From Eukaryota sp. TZLM1-RC (Eukaryota > Protista > Metamonada: BaSk clade), in assembly GCA_040285825.1 (NCBI GenBank), contig JAUPSS010000003.1, positions 372,001 through 436,000 of the forward strand: DNA of 64,000 nt, written 5' to 3'. Both the position numbers and the translations under genes were made by a program. The notes beneath the pieces are model-generated. The model saw nothing but the letters and a program-made list of their open reading frames with translations. It ran no database searches and was not told where the DNA came from. Positions within the stretch are counted from its first letter, which is position 1; every line of letters begins with the position of its first letter. Shown here piece after piece: positions 1-11,804 of the stretch.

Positions 1-1151
1 CGGAAAGAACCAGCAGTCCAACCACAAAGATTGCTGTGGTTGGGATCAATGGCTACAAAAAACAAATTTTCATCAGGATCTCTGTAATTGGGCTGTTGTT
101 CCACTGGTAACCGCGGTCTTCTCTGTGGATTTGCTGTTCTATGGAGATTGGATTTTCGTTTCCTTTCAGAGTTATGAAGATCATATTTTCCAGAGGCTCG
201 CCTGGGCTCAAATTCCGCTTTACTTGGCCTAACATAAGTTTTTCTTTCCTTCTGGGTAAAAGTAAACCGCAAGGAATCACCATTTGAAAAATGGTATATT
301 TAATAAATTTGGATTTATTAAAAAGCCGATAAGGGTTGTTAAGAAGCTCTTTATGTGCATTTAGTTTTGTGAAATAAGCTTCTGCTTCTTTAGTCAAGCT
401 GCAAAAGCATGGAGACCAACTGGACAGTGGAGAGAGAGTGCCTTTTCATCACATCAGATTGAACGATTGTTGCAGCAGACTCCATATTGATGGGAAACCG
501 TTCGTTTCTTATTGAATTTTCGAACAAATTTTGACCGCCACCAATATAGGCGTTGGCTGTCATATTGAGCCAATGGACCAAGATATGCTGGTGTATTTCT
601 TGATACCATAGTAAAATTGACTCATATGGCTGAATCCCTTGAAGTACACAGTCGGCGTATTTCTTTTGCCAGGGGCAATTTAGAAATTGAGCACAGCTTT
701 TGAAAAAATTGCGTTTCCAGACGACAGGGCCGTCAGCAAGCAACTGACAAAAGGCTTCTCGCAGTTGGATGGCTCGACTGCCAAGAAGAGTGGAAAGACA
801 CCAAAATCTACCACCGTCGGCTGAGGTGGTTTCATTCAGCGGTCGCCAGGGCCAAAAGTGCTGAACAAGGTGTTGTAGCGCTTGGTAAACCAAAGGATGG
901 TTTTCAAATGGCCTCCTTTGTTTAGGTTCACTTTGGCAAACAAAGTCGAAACAGAGGCTCCAGAACTGGCTTTGAGTAAGCCACATAGAGTGTTCTGGGT
1001 ATTGGAGCACAAAGAGTCGTGCTAGGTGAGTAGCATGAGCTCCAATACTAGCAAGAACTTGGAACTGGCGTTCCATTGCTTCTTGTGCCTCTGAGTCGAA
1101 GAACTGGTTGACAGACGCTCCCACAGTTGTAGTTTGTAGAACGTTATCCAT
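1..1151 (-). CDS. Fanzor1-like (TnpB-derived) RNA-guided nuclease, subfamily A copy 1; N-terminal two thirds, runs off the window
   Basis: ATG at 1151 (MDNVLQTTTVGASVNQFF...HATHLARLFVL...FWSLCFDFV). Correcting a shift in the (CT)n at ~430 gives MKRHSLSPLSSWSPCFCSLTK. Correcting a shift in the T-run at ~290 gives YTIFSNGDSLRFTF (position of the Fanzor1 TDG motif), open to RuvC-I-like FFVAIDPNHSNL at ~25-60. Collinear with 28614-30412. Confidence 0.75.
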
Positions 1152-1499
1152 GGCAGTCAACACAGAACGGAAACAGTCAGAAATGATTGAAAATTTATTT
1201 CCTAAAATTGAAAATTTGTTGAAGTCAATCAATCTTATAGTTGTCAATTCAAAGTAAAGTTAGTTACAAGTGTTTATTAATGATACATATCGTTCAAGAT
1301 TACTTTCCGAATATTTTCCTTTCTTCAGACAAGAACTACATGTTACAAAAATTGGTGAGTGGAGTTTGGTTGGGTTGCCATCATTCCCCAGATTCGTAAT
1401 TAAATTCATTTCATCACTTACAACATTTCATCACTTACTCTACTACGAACCTTCTCCCTACAAATAACACTATGGTCATGACAGCACAGATCTCAATTT

Positions 1500-1829
1500 A
1501 TGTCGGCCGTTGGGTCGGAGATCTTCAAACACAAGTACTACTATAGATTACATCACACTGGTAAAAGCAGGGAAGAGAAAAAATCATTGCTTGCAGCTAC
1601 TACCACTCTCTATGTCGAAAATCTTTCTTTTTACACATCAGAGGAGCAGATTCATGCTCTTTTCTCTCGTGCTGGTCGTGTCAAACGTATCATTATGGGA
1701 TTCAACAAGAAATCACTCAAACCATGCGGTTTTTGCTTCGTTGAATACTTTACCCGTGCATCGACTGAGATTGCCATGAGGTATATCAACAGAACAATAC
1801 TAGATGAAAGGGAAATCCTGATTGTTTGA
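1500..1829 (+). pseudogene. NCBP2: Nuclear cap-binding protein subunit 2 (CBP20), 3'-truncated, probable pseudogene
   Basis: [40 protein letters not shown] is the CBP20 RRM. The ORF stops at LDEREILIV, before the conserved DWD.GF..GRQ.GRG..GGQVRDE tail, and has G>E in LYVGNL. Confidence 0.75.
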
Positions 1830-2023
1830 TGATTCTGACACAATGCAGCTTTAAGACTTTCACCTGTGTGGTAACCAGTCAAAATAATGAACAAATTTCA
1901 ATTTTCTCACTTCTACTTCAATCAGTCACAATGATGTCATAACATCATCTCCATTCATACTGTAATATGTCACAGACCACATGTTTAAGGTGTGTATATT
2001 TTTTTTAATTTTTTATTAAAAAC

Positions 2024-2130
2024 CTATAAATCAACATCTAAAAAAATCCATCTCTTCCAAAACAAAAACGTTAGCTCCAACGGTCTCATAGTCGGATCCA
2101 AATGAAAGCAAAGCATCAGAATTGATGCGG
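2024..2130 (-). mobile_element. 3' tip of RLE non-LTR retrotransposon (same family as 18244-19260)
   Basis: Nucleotide similarity to 18244-18340; encodes DALLSFGSDYETVGANVFVLEEMD. Confidence 0.7.
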
Positions 2131-2399
2131 CGAGCAGAAAGAGACATAACACAAGATTGGGCAATGGGTTTATATCCACAATAGCATATTGTTTGGGGCA
2201 GATTGTTTGGGGGAGTTTTGGGGAAAACTGAAATTGGGAATGTTTGGGGGAATTGTATTCAACATAAAAATCAACCAAACTACAAGGTTTTTGAAAAAAA
2301 TACAATTTGAATAAATCTCAGGGCATCACGATCACAAGATAGTTGAAGCAGCAACATCACAATACGTGTAGAGATACGCAATACATGAGATAACACATA

Positions 2400-2710
2400 T
2401 CTACGAGATCTCCAAAATGGTTCAGCTCTCTTGTTAATGAGTTACTCGTTTTCGGTGATCGCTGGTTCCTGGATGCTGCGATGTCCTTCAACCACAGTGT
2501 TTGACTTTAGGGGTAAACAAACTTAGCATTGTTCACACCTCCATCCTCTTTCGTATGTCTTTCTATTGAATGCCTTACAACAATTGACTTTGGCAGAGAC
2601 CATGTACTCTTCTCCAACTTTCACGTTTTGAAAGTGTTTTTGGATTTCTTCCAACAATCTTTTTCTTGGGGCTTTTGCAGTTTGGTGAGAAGGAGCGATG
2701 CCATTATCTT
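2400..2710 (-). pseudogene. Fanzor1 subfamily A C-terminal remnant (RuvC-II, Zn finger, RuvC-III)
   Basis: Manual translation APSHQTAKAPRKRLLEEIQKHFQNVKVGEEYMVSAKVNCCKAF ... LWLKDIAASRNQ aligns with GPSHQRVKTPRKHFLKYLKARFPTVKDGDEYYTSSKVNCCKVF ... VWSKDISASRNQ of ORF 28677-29357. Confidence 0.8.
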
Positions 2711-2761
2711 TTCTTTACTGCAAATATTTTTATTTTCGATGCTAACAAAACATTAAAAAAA

Positions 2762-3610
2762 CTAGAACTCATTATCCTCAATACCCGCATCAACATCATC
2801 AAATCTCTTAAGTGCGTGATTTTCATTCTCTATTCCTAATTGTAACAGTGCTTTGGTCAGAATTTCTGGAATTGCTTTAAGAATTCTGAAAACAATTCTA
2901 TTGTGCCAGAAATTGAAGTTCAATTGTTTTCCTGCCCTTTCTTTTATTAAACTTCTGAAACCTTCGAGAAATTTAATGCCAGATAATCCAATGTTACCAA
3001 AAAGAGAAACAGCAAATGGAACCAGCTTGTAATTTACATGCTCAACACGTCCTAGCTGAGATAAGGGTTCATTGTATTTTTTTGATTTTGCTCTTTTCAG
3101 CAAAGCAGAGTGGAGTTTCGTCTTTAGTGGCAAAATCAATTGCTGAATCCTTACAAACATCAATAGTGACAACATCAACAACTGTGATCACACCATCAGA
3201 CCTAGGGGTAATCAAATTAGCGCGGCGTTTCCCAAAAATATTTTCGTCTTCATTTTCAGGGGACAACCTATACACAAGTGGTTCAACAAAAGCTTCAGAG
3301 TGATTACTTTTGCACATAGCGTATAGTTGGTCTGTAACAACATTGTGAACAACACAGCGATATGTAATCTTAAATTTGCATTTAAATAATTGATTCAGAT
3401 TGATAAGCTGACCAAAACGACAAATCAAATCATGTGGCACACTCCATGGCCACAGAAAACACCTCATCCTAAGGGCAGTTGTCCATTGATGCTTCGTTTC
3501 AGTGCTACGTACAACAATTCAATGATTTTACCAGGAAGTCTAAATAAAATTGGTGTTATTGCTATTGAAGTGCAAAGAGCACCTAAGCTTGTACTTTGCA
3601 GAAGATGAGT
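2762..3610 (-). mobile_element. RLE non-LTR retrotransposon 3' remnant (CRE-like)
   Basis: MRCFLWP..C.F...L.C knuckle remnant, KRRA(D)LI...VVDV endonuclease motif, VPFAVSLFGNIG, FWHNRIVF; frameshifted. Confidence 0.8.
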
Positions 3611-3689
3611 AACTTTTTAGTTTATTTTTTTTAAAAAATATATGAATTTGTTTCAAGCATAAAAAATGTGTTAAGGATTCATCAAATTA

Positions 3690-5030
3690 TGTGATTATAG
3701 GACGTATGTATGAAAAGTTGCAATCAATATACCACATTAGATATTCCGGGGGACAAATTCATAATAGAGTGCATATTATTTTCCCAGTTCCAATTCTGAA
3801 CCCAAAGTTGATGGTATTGAATCTCAAAAAAAATTATACTCAATTGATGCTATTTGTCATTTGGTTTTGTTTTTAGGAAATAATGATGAAGTTACCAAAG
3901 AATTGTTTGAAAAGTTGAACTCAATTTCCGTAAAAATTGACCAAATGATGAAATTGGATATACAAAAACATATCAAATTTATCTTTACAGCATTATGTTT
4001 TAGTTCCAACTTTAATCATATACTTCGATCTACAAATCCTCTTTTCAATAGGCTTTTGGCCCAGAAGTTTGATGAATTACGTGCAAAAGTCTTGTCACAA
4101 TTATTGGGATGTAAACTGTTCCAAATTCCTGATCATGTTTATCTTAGTCCACATTATGGCGGTTTAGGTTGGACGAAGGCTTCTATTCTTACTTCATGTG
4201 CTTGTAGGGCTGGATGTAGAAATGCAATTTTTGAGTTTTGTGAAAGATTTGCCAATTGGGAAGATTTATTGATGCCAACGCAAAGTTCTACTGTTTCTGC
4301 ATTAATTGATGATATTTCAAAAATTGAAATAGAAAAATGGAGTCGATGCTTTCCCCAATCATTCAATGGTAATATTCAGGAAAAGAATTTTTTAAATTTA
4401 AAATACATTCTTCAAACATTACAGAAACGATTGACTGGTATGTATGAAAATGATCTTAATAATAATATATGCAGCTCGGTTGTTTTAAATCAAGGTCTTC
4501 ACTCATTGTTATTGGAAAAGGGTGTTAATTTGGGTTCTGATGACAGAGGTGATGTATACTGTGATTGGATTGAGAACTCTGGAGTTGTTGTTGACTTTCT
4601 CTTCTGTAATGTTGCAAATGACACTTTGGTTCAAAGAAAACTTAATCCTGTAAGTGCTCTTGAATTCAAAGCCAAAGAAATACATAGAAAATATGACAAA
4701 GATATCGAAGAAGTTAATGCTGATAAAAATAGACCACTGGTTTTCATGACTTTCCCATTTTCTATAAACAGAAGACTATCAGTAGAAACAAAAACTTTTT
4801 TGGATGACTTCCAAAAAATGGTTCAAGAAAAAACAATGAAAAGATTTGATATCTTTTTATGGCGCCCTCGTGTTCAATTTACCATTATTAATAGATTACC
4901 TCGTTTTTTCAATCGAATTAGAGAAGTTTTAGCTAGACAGCAAGCAGATCAAGATTTTGTAGAAGAAATCTTGGTTCCATGAACTTCGTCCCATTAGTTA
5001 TGATTTTATTTTGTCAAGTGTAAATTTAAT
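3690..5030 (+). mobile_element. RLE non-LTR retrotransposon remnant, internally deleted
   Basis: ORF 3861-4982 is highly similar to 15367-16614 but lacks the Zn-knuckle block (junction LLEKGV|NLGSDDRGDV near 4525). Has PHYGGLG and RGDVYCDW motifs. Confidence 0.85.
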
Positions 5031-5709
5031 GATAGTTTCTGCACATCCAATTTCATTATTTGATCAATTATTTCAGACATTTTATTCAATTTATCAAATA
5101 ATTGTCTGGATGTTTCTTTATTATTGTTATCGAACAGTGAACCTGACTAAACACATCAAATGAACATAACTTGGCTTGAATTTAACTGCCATCAACAACT
5201 GTTGAAACTGAACAATTTCAAAGTAAAACTTATTTAAGCAAGTTCAGTCGAAGACAAATTTTCTTGAATAATCTTTTAAACATAAGGTTGCTTTTTCCGC
5301 AATCGTTAGGTCGCACTTTAAATCCTACATTCAAAGTAAAGATTTGATTTCAACGGTTTTCCTCATATTAAGAATTTTTAGCAGCAACGGATTTGGAACA
5401 GATTGAACTCATCCAAATTTCATTTTTTTAGTAGAACCTATATTTTTGCAATGTGCATCATTTGAAATTACTAGATTTGCTTTTGAATTCAAAGATTTTC
5501 ATTTCAAAATTTCAACATCCGACTTTTTTTTTGAAATTATCAATTTGTTCGTCAGTTGATGGAAGATTGCTACGATTTGTTTGTAGAAACAGATTTTTGA
5601 CTTGTCGTGGCCTTCAAGGAAAAACATTCTTTCCTTTTTGGTCATCCAACATCGATATTCTCAAAATATTTTTTTTGTAAACTTTATTTTTATTGAACTA
5701 AAATTCTGT

Positions 5710-6330
5710 CTAATATTCATTATCCTCCAAACAAGCATCGCAATTCCTAAACCTACTCACAGCATTTCGTTCATATTCTACACCAATAGCTAAAAGAGCT
5801 TTAGAAATCAGTGTTGGAATAGACTTGAAAATGCAAAAAACAATTATATTTAACCAGAAAGTGGAATTCATTGATGTACGAGATCTATTTTGTAAAACTT
5901 TTTTGAAATTTTCAAAAAAAGTGTATCCTGAAAGTCCAATATTGCCAAAAAGAGAAATTGCAAACAGTACAACCTGATATTTCACATATTCGACTCTACC
6001 TAATTGTGCTAATGGTTCTTCATATTTTTTTTATTTTTTTTCGGTGTTAGATAGCGGCGAATCAGCGGAATACACCAAACGAGCAGCAAAATTTTTGCAG
6101 ACATCTACTCAGACAACATCCACAACGTTGAGAACACCATCGATCCCTGGAGCTACTAAATTTGCCCTTTTTTTACCAAAAGAATCATCAGTTTGATCTA
6201 AAGATAGCCTACGAGCAAACGGTTCAATAAAAGACTCTATAATGAAACTTTTGCACATAGCATATAATTGATCACGAACAGAGTCTTGAACAATTGAGCG
6301 ATAAGTTATAAAATATTTGCAGTTTAAAAT
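5710..6330 (-). mobile_element. RLE non-LTR retrotransposon 3' remnant (family of 22738-23730)
   Basis: Very similar to 22738-23365: ILNCKYFITYRSIV, GKKRANLVAPG..VVDV, FWLN.IVFCIFK. Confidence 0.85.
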
Positions 6331-6866
6331 ATAAATCACTAAAATTTTCAAGAGTTCCAGGGAGTCGAATTTCAACAATTATTTTCAACAAAAGGTACAT
6401 TTTTTATACAGTTGCGTTTGCATTTGTTCTACTTCTTTTCGGGTAATAAAAGTGAATTCTTGGTTGTTTTTAGTTAAATGAACACAATTGAGACAAGAAG
6501 ACGTGTTGATTCTCAATCTATGAACCAACTTGACCCTGATAATTCAATAATCATTCAAACCCTTTATCCTTGACAATAGTTTTAAGGTCTGGATTAAGAA
6601 AAGGTGAAGTGATTTCTTAGTTGTTCAGTGATTGTTTTGGGAAAATATAATTGAAACTGGTTTTGGGTATTTTGGGCTGTGAGTCTCATTTCTCCCATTG
6701 CTAGAGTGACGAACAGTCGCGTGAGTATTTAAAATCTATTTTACAACGTTAATAAATAAACTATGTTGAGTGCTTGTATATGAATAAGTTTGACAATTTT
6801 CAAGGAAATGAAAAAGTTTAGTTGAAATAATCAAACATTTAGACCATTCACACAAAACTTCAACTT

Positions 6867-9134
6867 ATGACTGCAACAGAGTTACCAGATGTACCGATGG
6901 AGCCTCCAAAGGCTGACATCCGTCAACTTCTCCAAGAACATTCACAAATCGAGGCTGCTGATGTAGCTTTGGAAACCAAAGAGTTTGATCTTCTGTTCAA
7001 CAACGTCGATGACTCTTCTCTCCCTATGCTGATTCAATACATTACAACAGCAGCACAATACTTTATTCCAACAGAAACCGTTGATATCCTACGGTATGTA
7101 GCACGGGTACAGTTACGTAAAAACATGGTCGCTGATGCCCTACTTACTGCACTCTCCATCAACGACGAAGAACTAGCAAAGGAAGTCATTTCTCACGCAC
7201 AAACAGATTCCGGAACCTCGCTCCAAGTGTCTTGGATTCTTGACCGATGTGGTTGCTTCTCCCTTGTTCCCCCAAGTTCATACACACCAGACTCCATTTT
7301 CGATCTGTTCATGGACAGTGTCAAGTCTCTCGAAATGCAGGAACCCAAAGACACAGAGTCCATTTACAAGTCCCGACTCTCTGAATCAATGTACCTCTCT
7401 TCGACTCGTGCCACATCATCTACTGCTGGAAGAAGAGTGGACTCGGCTGCTGTGAATCTAGCCAACACCTATACCAACGCCTTTGTCCATGCTGGTTATG
7501 GTCAAGATTCCGTTTACACTGATACTAACGCCTATATCAACTGGACCTCTAGACAAAAAGCCAGAGGGGTGACTGCAGCAGCTGCAGGTCTTGGCTTGGT
7601 TCACTTATTCCAACCAAATGAAGGTGCTAATGTCATTGATCCTATCCTCAACAGCTCAGATCCACAAGCGATAGCTGGTGGTTTGTTGGGAATTGCTATT
7701 TGCCATTCTTCCTTCCCAGATGAAGGTGATGTGGTTGTAGCGTTATTGGAAGATGGACTTTCGGGGGAAAAAGGACCTGAATGCCAAGTAATGTCTTGTT
7801 TGGGTCTGGGAATCGCCTATGTTGGGACGAATAGAGATGATATTGCTGAAGCCCTCACTTCTGGACTTTTAAGTGGAAGTGCTGAGTTGTCATGTGTTTG
7901 CGCATTGGCTTTGGGTATGATATTTGTTGGATCTGGCAATGATGATGTTTCTCAATTGATTGTTTCCACTTTTTTTGAACGAATTGATTCTGAATCTCAC
8001 TTATGCAAGGACTCTGTTTTGGGGTTAATGATCTTAGGTCTTTCTATGGTGTTTTTAGCAAAAGAACATGAAGCATCTGAATTACTGCTGACTTTGGAGA
8101 ATGCTATTGAAGAAAATGGTGACAATGATGAAATTAAAAAGTCTAAAAAAAAGGTTATCCAATCAGCTCATATACTGGTTTCAGCAATGAGCCAAGTCAA
8201 TAATGGTAACGTCCTTGCCGTTCAGCATTTGTTATCTATCATCAGCTCCACTGCTGCTGAGTATGCCGTAGAACAAGAAAAGGAAGAGAAAGACAAGGAA
8301 AACAAAGCTAAGAAGCAATCTTTTACTGGTGTTAATCCCGCTTCTATGGCTGTCATTTGCATTGCTCTTATTGCTGGAACCGAGGATGTTGGTAATGAAA
8401 TGGCTCTTAAACTGCTTACTTCTATCAATCAATTCTCTGTGCTGGAGGCGAAACAGGCTGTTCCTGCAGCTCTGGCATTGATGTCTTGGTCAATGCCTAG
8501 AACATTTGTAACAGATTCTTTAATTAGATTGGCACATGATACGAACTCATCGGTAGCTGCTTCTGCAATATTAGCATTGGGGTTGACTGGTCAGGGTACC
8601 AATAATACCAGGATTGCTCAGAATTTGAGAAGACTTGTAGATCATTACGAGAAGGATTCGACGTTAGTTTTGGCTTGTAGAATAGCTCAAGGGCTCCTAC
8701 ACACAGGAAAAGGACTTGTTGCTGCTGTGCCTTATGTTTTTGAAGGGAAAGTGGTGTCCAAGAGGGCTTTTGCTGGTATACTACCTGGTTTGTTTGGTTC
8801 TTAGTTATTCATTGCAGTTTTAATTTCTTTGTTGGATCCACAGAATTTCTTGCTTTCAAAGTTCCATGTTTTATTGTATTGTATGGCCCCTGCGCTCAAG
8901 CCTAGAACCTTGAACACTATTGACCATGAAGGGAAGAAGCTCTTAATCTCAACCAGAGTTGGACGAGCTGTAGATACTTCTGCAATGCCTGGAAAACCTC
9001 TCAGAGTAACTGGCTTCCAAACCCATGAAACTCCCGTGGTTGTCTCAAGGGGTGACCGAGGTGATTTCGGTGATTTGTCTTGGAAACCCAGAGTTTCTGT
9101 TTTAGAAGGTGTGGTGGTTGTTGATAGACAATAG
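6867..9134 (+). CDS. RPN1: 26S proteasome regulatory subunit RPN1/PSMD2; exons 6867-8787 and 8818-9134; 745 aa
   Basis: PC repeats, VDSAAVNLANTYTNAFVHAGYG, GTNNTRIAQNLRRL, RIAQGLLHTGKG, TGFQTHETPV. Removing a 30-nt GT..AG intron (8788-8817) that contains the in-frame TAG gives AGILPVLISLLD. Confidence 0.95.
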
Positions 9135-9269
9135 TGGCTTGTAAATCATTTTTGTGGGGGCTTTATTCTTTGGGGTTTTTAGAACAAACAACTGACTAAC
9201 ACCTGTTCCAAACTGACTCATTGAACACACAACATACAATTTCAAGGAAGATCCACGGATTTCCTTCCA

Positions 9270-9333
9270 TTTATTTATTTATTTTTATTTATTTTTATTT
9301 ATTTATTTTTATTTATTTATTTTTATTTATTTA
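9270..9333. repeat. Imperfect (TTTA)n/(TTTTTA) microsatellite
   Basis: Directly visible; may be the A-rich tail of a minus-strand retroelement. Confidence 0.85.
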
Positions 9334-9519
9334 TGACAATTGTGGACCTGTTACTTGAGACAAGAGGATCCTCATCTTCATGATGATAAGTTTTATTATC
9401 AATATTATTGGAAAAACGCAAGACAAGTGGTTTGGTGATCATCAAAATCAATTTGCTCGAGACTCTAACTCGGACGAGATTCCAAGATAAATAACGGTAA
9501 CAGGTCACATAAAGATAAT

Positions 9520-9700
9520 TCCCTGTATTTATAGATTTCTTTTAAAAAACATTAAATGGCTTTTAAACATGCGTTTTCGTTGATTTTTGACCAAACAATT
9601 TGCCTAATCAATTGACATGTAAATGTGGTAAACCACTTTTGTTTACTCATCTTCTGAACTGTAAGCATTTAATTACAATTAGAAGTAAAGTACATAATCA
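9520..9700 (+). mobile_element. RLE non-LTR fragment (Zn-knuckle region)
   Basis: WLLNMRFR..PNNLPNQLTCKCGKPLLFTHLLNCKH matches the 10503-11687 family. Confidence 0.75.
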
Positions 9701-9779
9701 TCTTGGATGAATATTGAAAAATCCCAAACTGACTATTTAAACATGGATTTTTTGAACGGGTAGAACGGCTCTCCAACAG

Positions 9780-10000
9780 AAAGATTACTGTTTTAATTTA
9801 TCCATCAGGACGGATGCTGTAAGTTGCCTCTTACACCTCATGAGAAAAAATAAGGCTGAGAAGAGTCCCTAATCCAAGACCTTATAGGAGAGCAAAGGCT
9901 CCAACATTCTCAGACATGGAATGCTCACTTGTCAGTAGTGTGGATGTTTATGGAATCGTAATGTCAATGATGTTCTTCATATGATTCGTGTTGTAGATCC
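9780..10000 (+). pseudogene. Fanzor1 subfamily B remnant, internally deleted
   Basis: Manual translation DYCFNLSIRTDAVSCLLHLMRK (TDG motif), joined to RVPNPRPYRRAKAPT-ILRHGMLTCQ*CGCLWNRNVNDVLHM (NPRP..HG.L.C..C...WNRD C-terminus typical of Fanzor1). Confidence 0.75.
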
Positions 10001-10049
10001 GTAAGTCAAAATGCAATGAAAAAATATACATTGATTAATTACAGAAACA

Positions 10050-10445
10050 CAAAGCGTCGACGACAAATGGTGCAGACATTCCTTTCATTAATTGTGACCA
10101 ACAAGCGATTAAGTTTCTTGGATGTTGTTTTGGTAATTTGGATGAAATTTATTCCCAGTTGAACAATTTATTGGAGAACTTTGACAAGGATTCAAGTGTC
10201 ATTTCTGAATGACATATTGGAAAACATTTCAAATTTTAATTTAAGAAATTTGTTATTTCGGACATTTTACTCACTTTTTAAGAAAAACTCCGGCTTCGGT
10301 GTCTCTCAATTTTTGCAAACTTTTCAACAAACATCAGGTCAAATTCTTTTCTTCTTTACTAGAAGTTATGAATCTTTGATTCGAAATCATTTATTTTGTT
10401 CTGCAGATTTGGGTGGAATTGGCCTGTCAAATCTTCTATTTTGAA
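10050..10445 (+). mobile_element. RLE non-LTR fragment (RT domain 7 / thumb)
   Basis: IKFLGCCFGN and LFCSADLGGIG motifs; overlaps in sequence the 5' end of 10503-11745 in opposite orientation. Confidence 0.7.
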
Positions 10446-10502
10446 AATTAAAAAAATAAATTATTAAATATTTTTATTCAACAACAAATATGAAATACAC
10501 AA

Positions 10503-11745
10503 TTAAAACTCCACATCCTCAAAACCTGCCTCCCCTACATCAAAACAATTAATCGCTAAAGATTCAGAAAATTTCCCAAAAGAAGATAGTGAATCAGAAA
10601 TTAGTGTTACCAATCCCTTAAAAATAGAAAATACAATCCTGTTTTGCCAGTAAACATGATTGAAAATTCTTCCAGTTCTTTCCTTTACAACTACAACAAA
10701 ATCCTCAAGGAAAGCCATAGCAGCCTTACCTAGAGATCCAAGCAAAGAAAAAACAAATGGACATAAATTATATTGGGCATGAGAATTTTCATTAACCGAG
10801 GAAATGGGTTTCGCATATTTAGCAATTTTATATTTTTCGCCTGCAAGAAGAGGATTATTTACATCCGAGTTAATGAAATGTTCGTTAGAGGAATTACAAG
10901 GGTCAATAGACATGGCGTCCAAAATAGTAAAACTACCATTTAAACCAGGAACAACTAGATCACCTCTATTCAGACCCATAGAAGCTCTGTTGTAACGCGT
11001 ACTATCAATATTGGGATCATCAAGAATTAATTTTGATAACAGCGGTTCTAAAAAGGAATCTACTCGATATGATTTGCACATTACATAAATTTGGTCCCTG
11101 GCGTTATTATGCACTTTGCTTCTAAACGTAATGAAATGTTTACAGTTCAAAAGATGAGTAAACAAAAGAGGTTTACCACATTTACAAGTTAAATGATTGG
11201 GCAAATTGTTTGGCCACAGAAAACAACGAAAACGCATGTTTAGAAGCCATTCATTGTTTTTTAACAAAAGTCCATAAACAGAGGGAACTTGAGTTACTAA
11301 AGCAGCAGCTGAACTATCACGAATATCCTTTAAAAAATTACCGAAAGCGGGATTTTTAGTTTTGGCCAAGCCAAGTCTAACTTCATAATCCAAGCCATCA
11401 TATAATTTAACCAGATGGTGCTGAAGCTTTTTCAAGCAAAAACGTAAATTTGGAAGTGATCGGGTGGGAATTTCTTGAACATTTTGAGGAAAACACTGAA
11501 TCCAGATATCACTAGGCAAATTTTCTAATTCAAATTGCAGTTGATTCAAGTAAAAATTTGATTCACCATTGATCAGATGAACATCAAAAGGGAACCTTTG
11601 GAAAAATTCAAAAACAAAATTTTTACCACCTCCCAAAAATGCTGCTTTACACAGAATCGAAGATTTGGTGAATCCAATGCCACCCAAATCTGCTGAACAA
11701 AATACATGACTTCGAATTAAAGATTCATTTACTTCTAATAAAAAA
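10503..11745 (-). mobile_element. RLE non-LTR retrotransposon, 5'-truncated, 394-aa open frame
   Basis: LGGIG, CKCGKPLLFTHLLNC (CCHC knuckle), RGDLVVP...ILDAMSIDP (PD-D/ExK-like RLE), PFVFSLLGSLG. Confidence 0.9.
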
Positions 11746-11804
11746 GAAATCTTCTATTTTGTGTAATGCACTTTTTTGGGAGGCGGGAAAAATTTGTTTT
11801 TGAA

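Noticed and set aside
8802-8804. In-frame TAG in RPN1 suggesting stop-codon reassignment
   Set aside because: It lies in a 30-nt GT-AG intron whose removal restores the conserved spacing; TAG and TAA end other genes normally.
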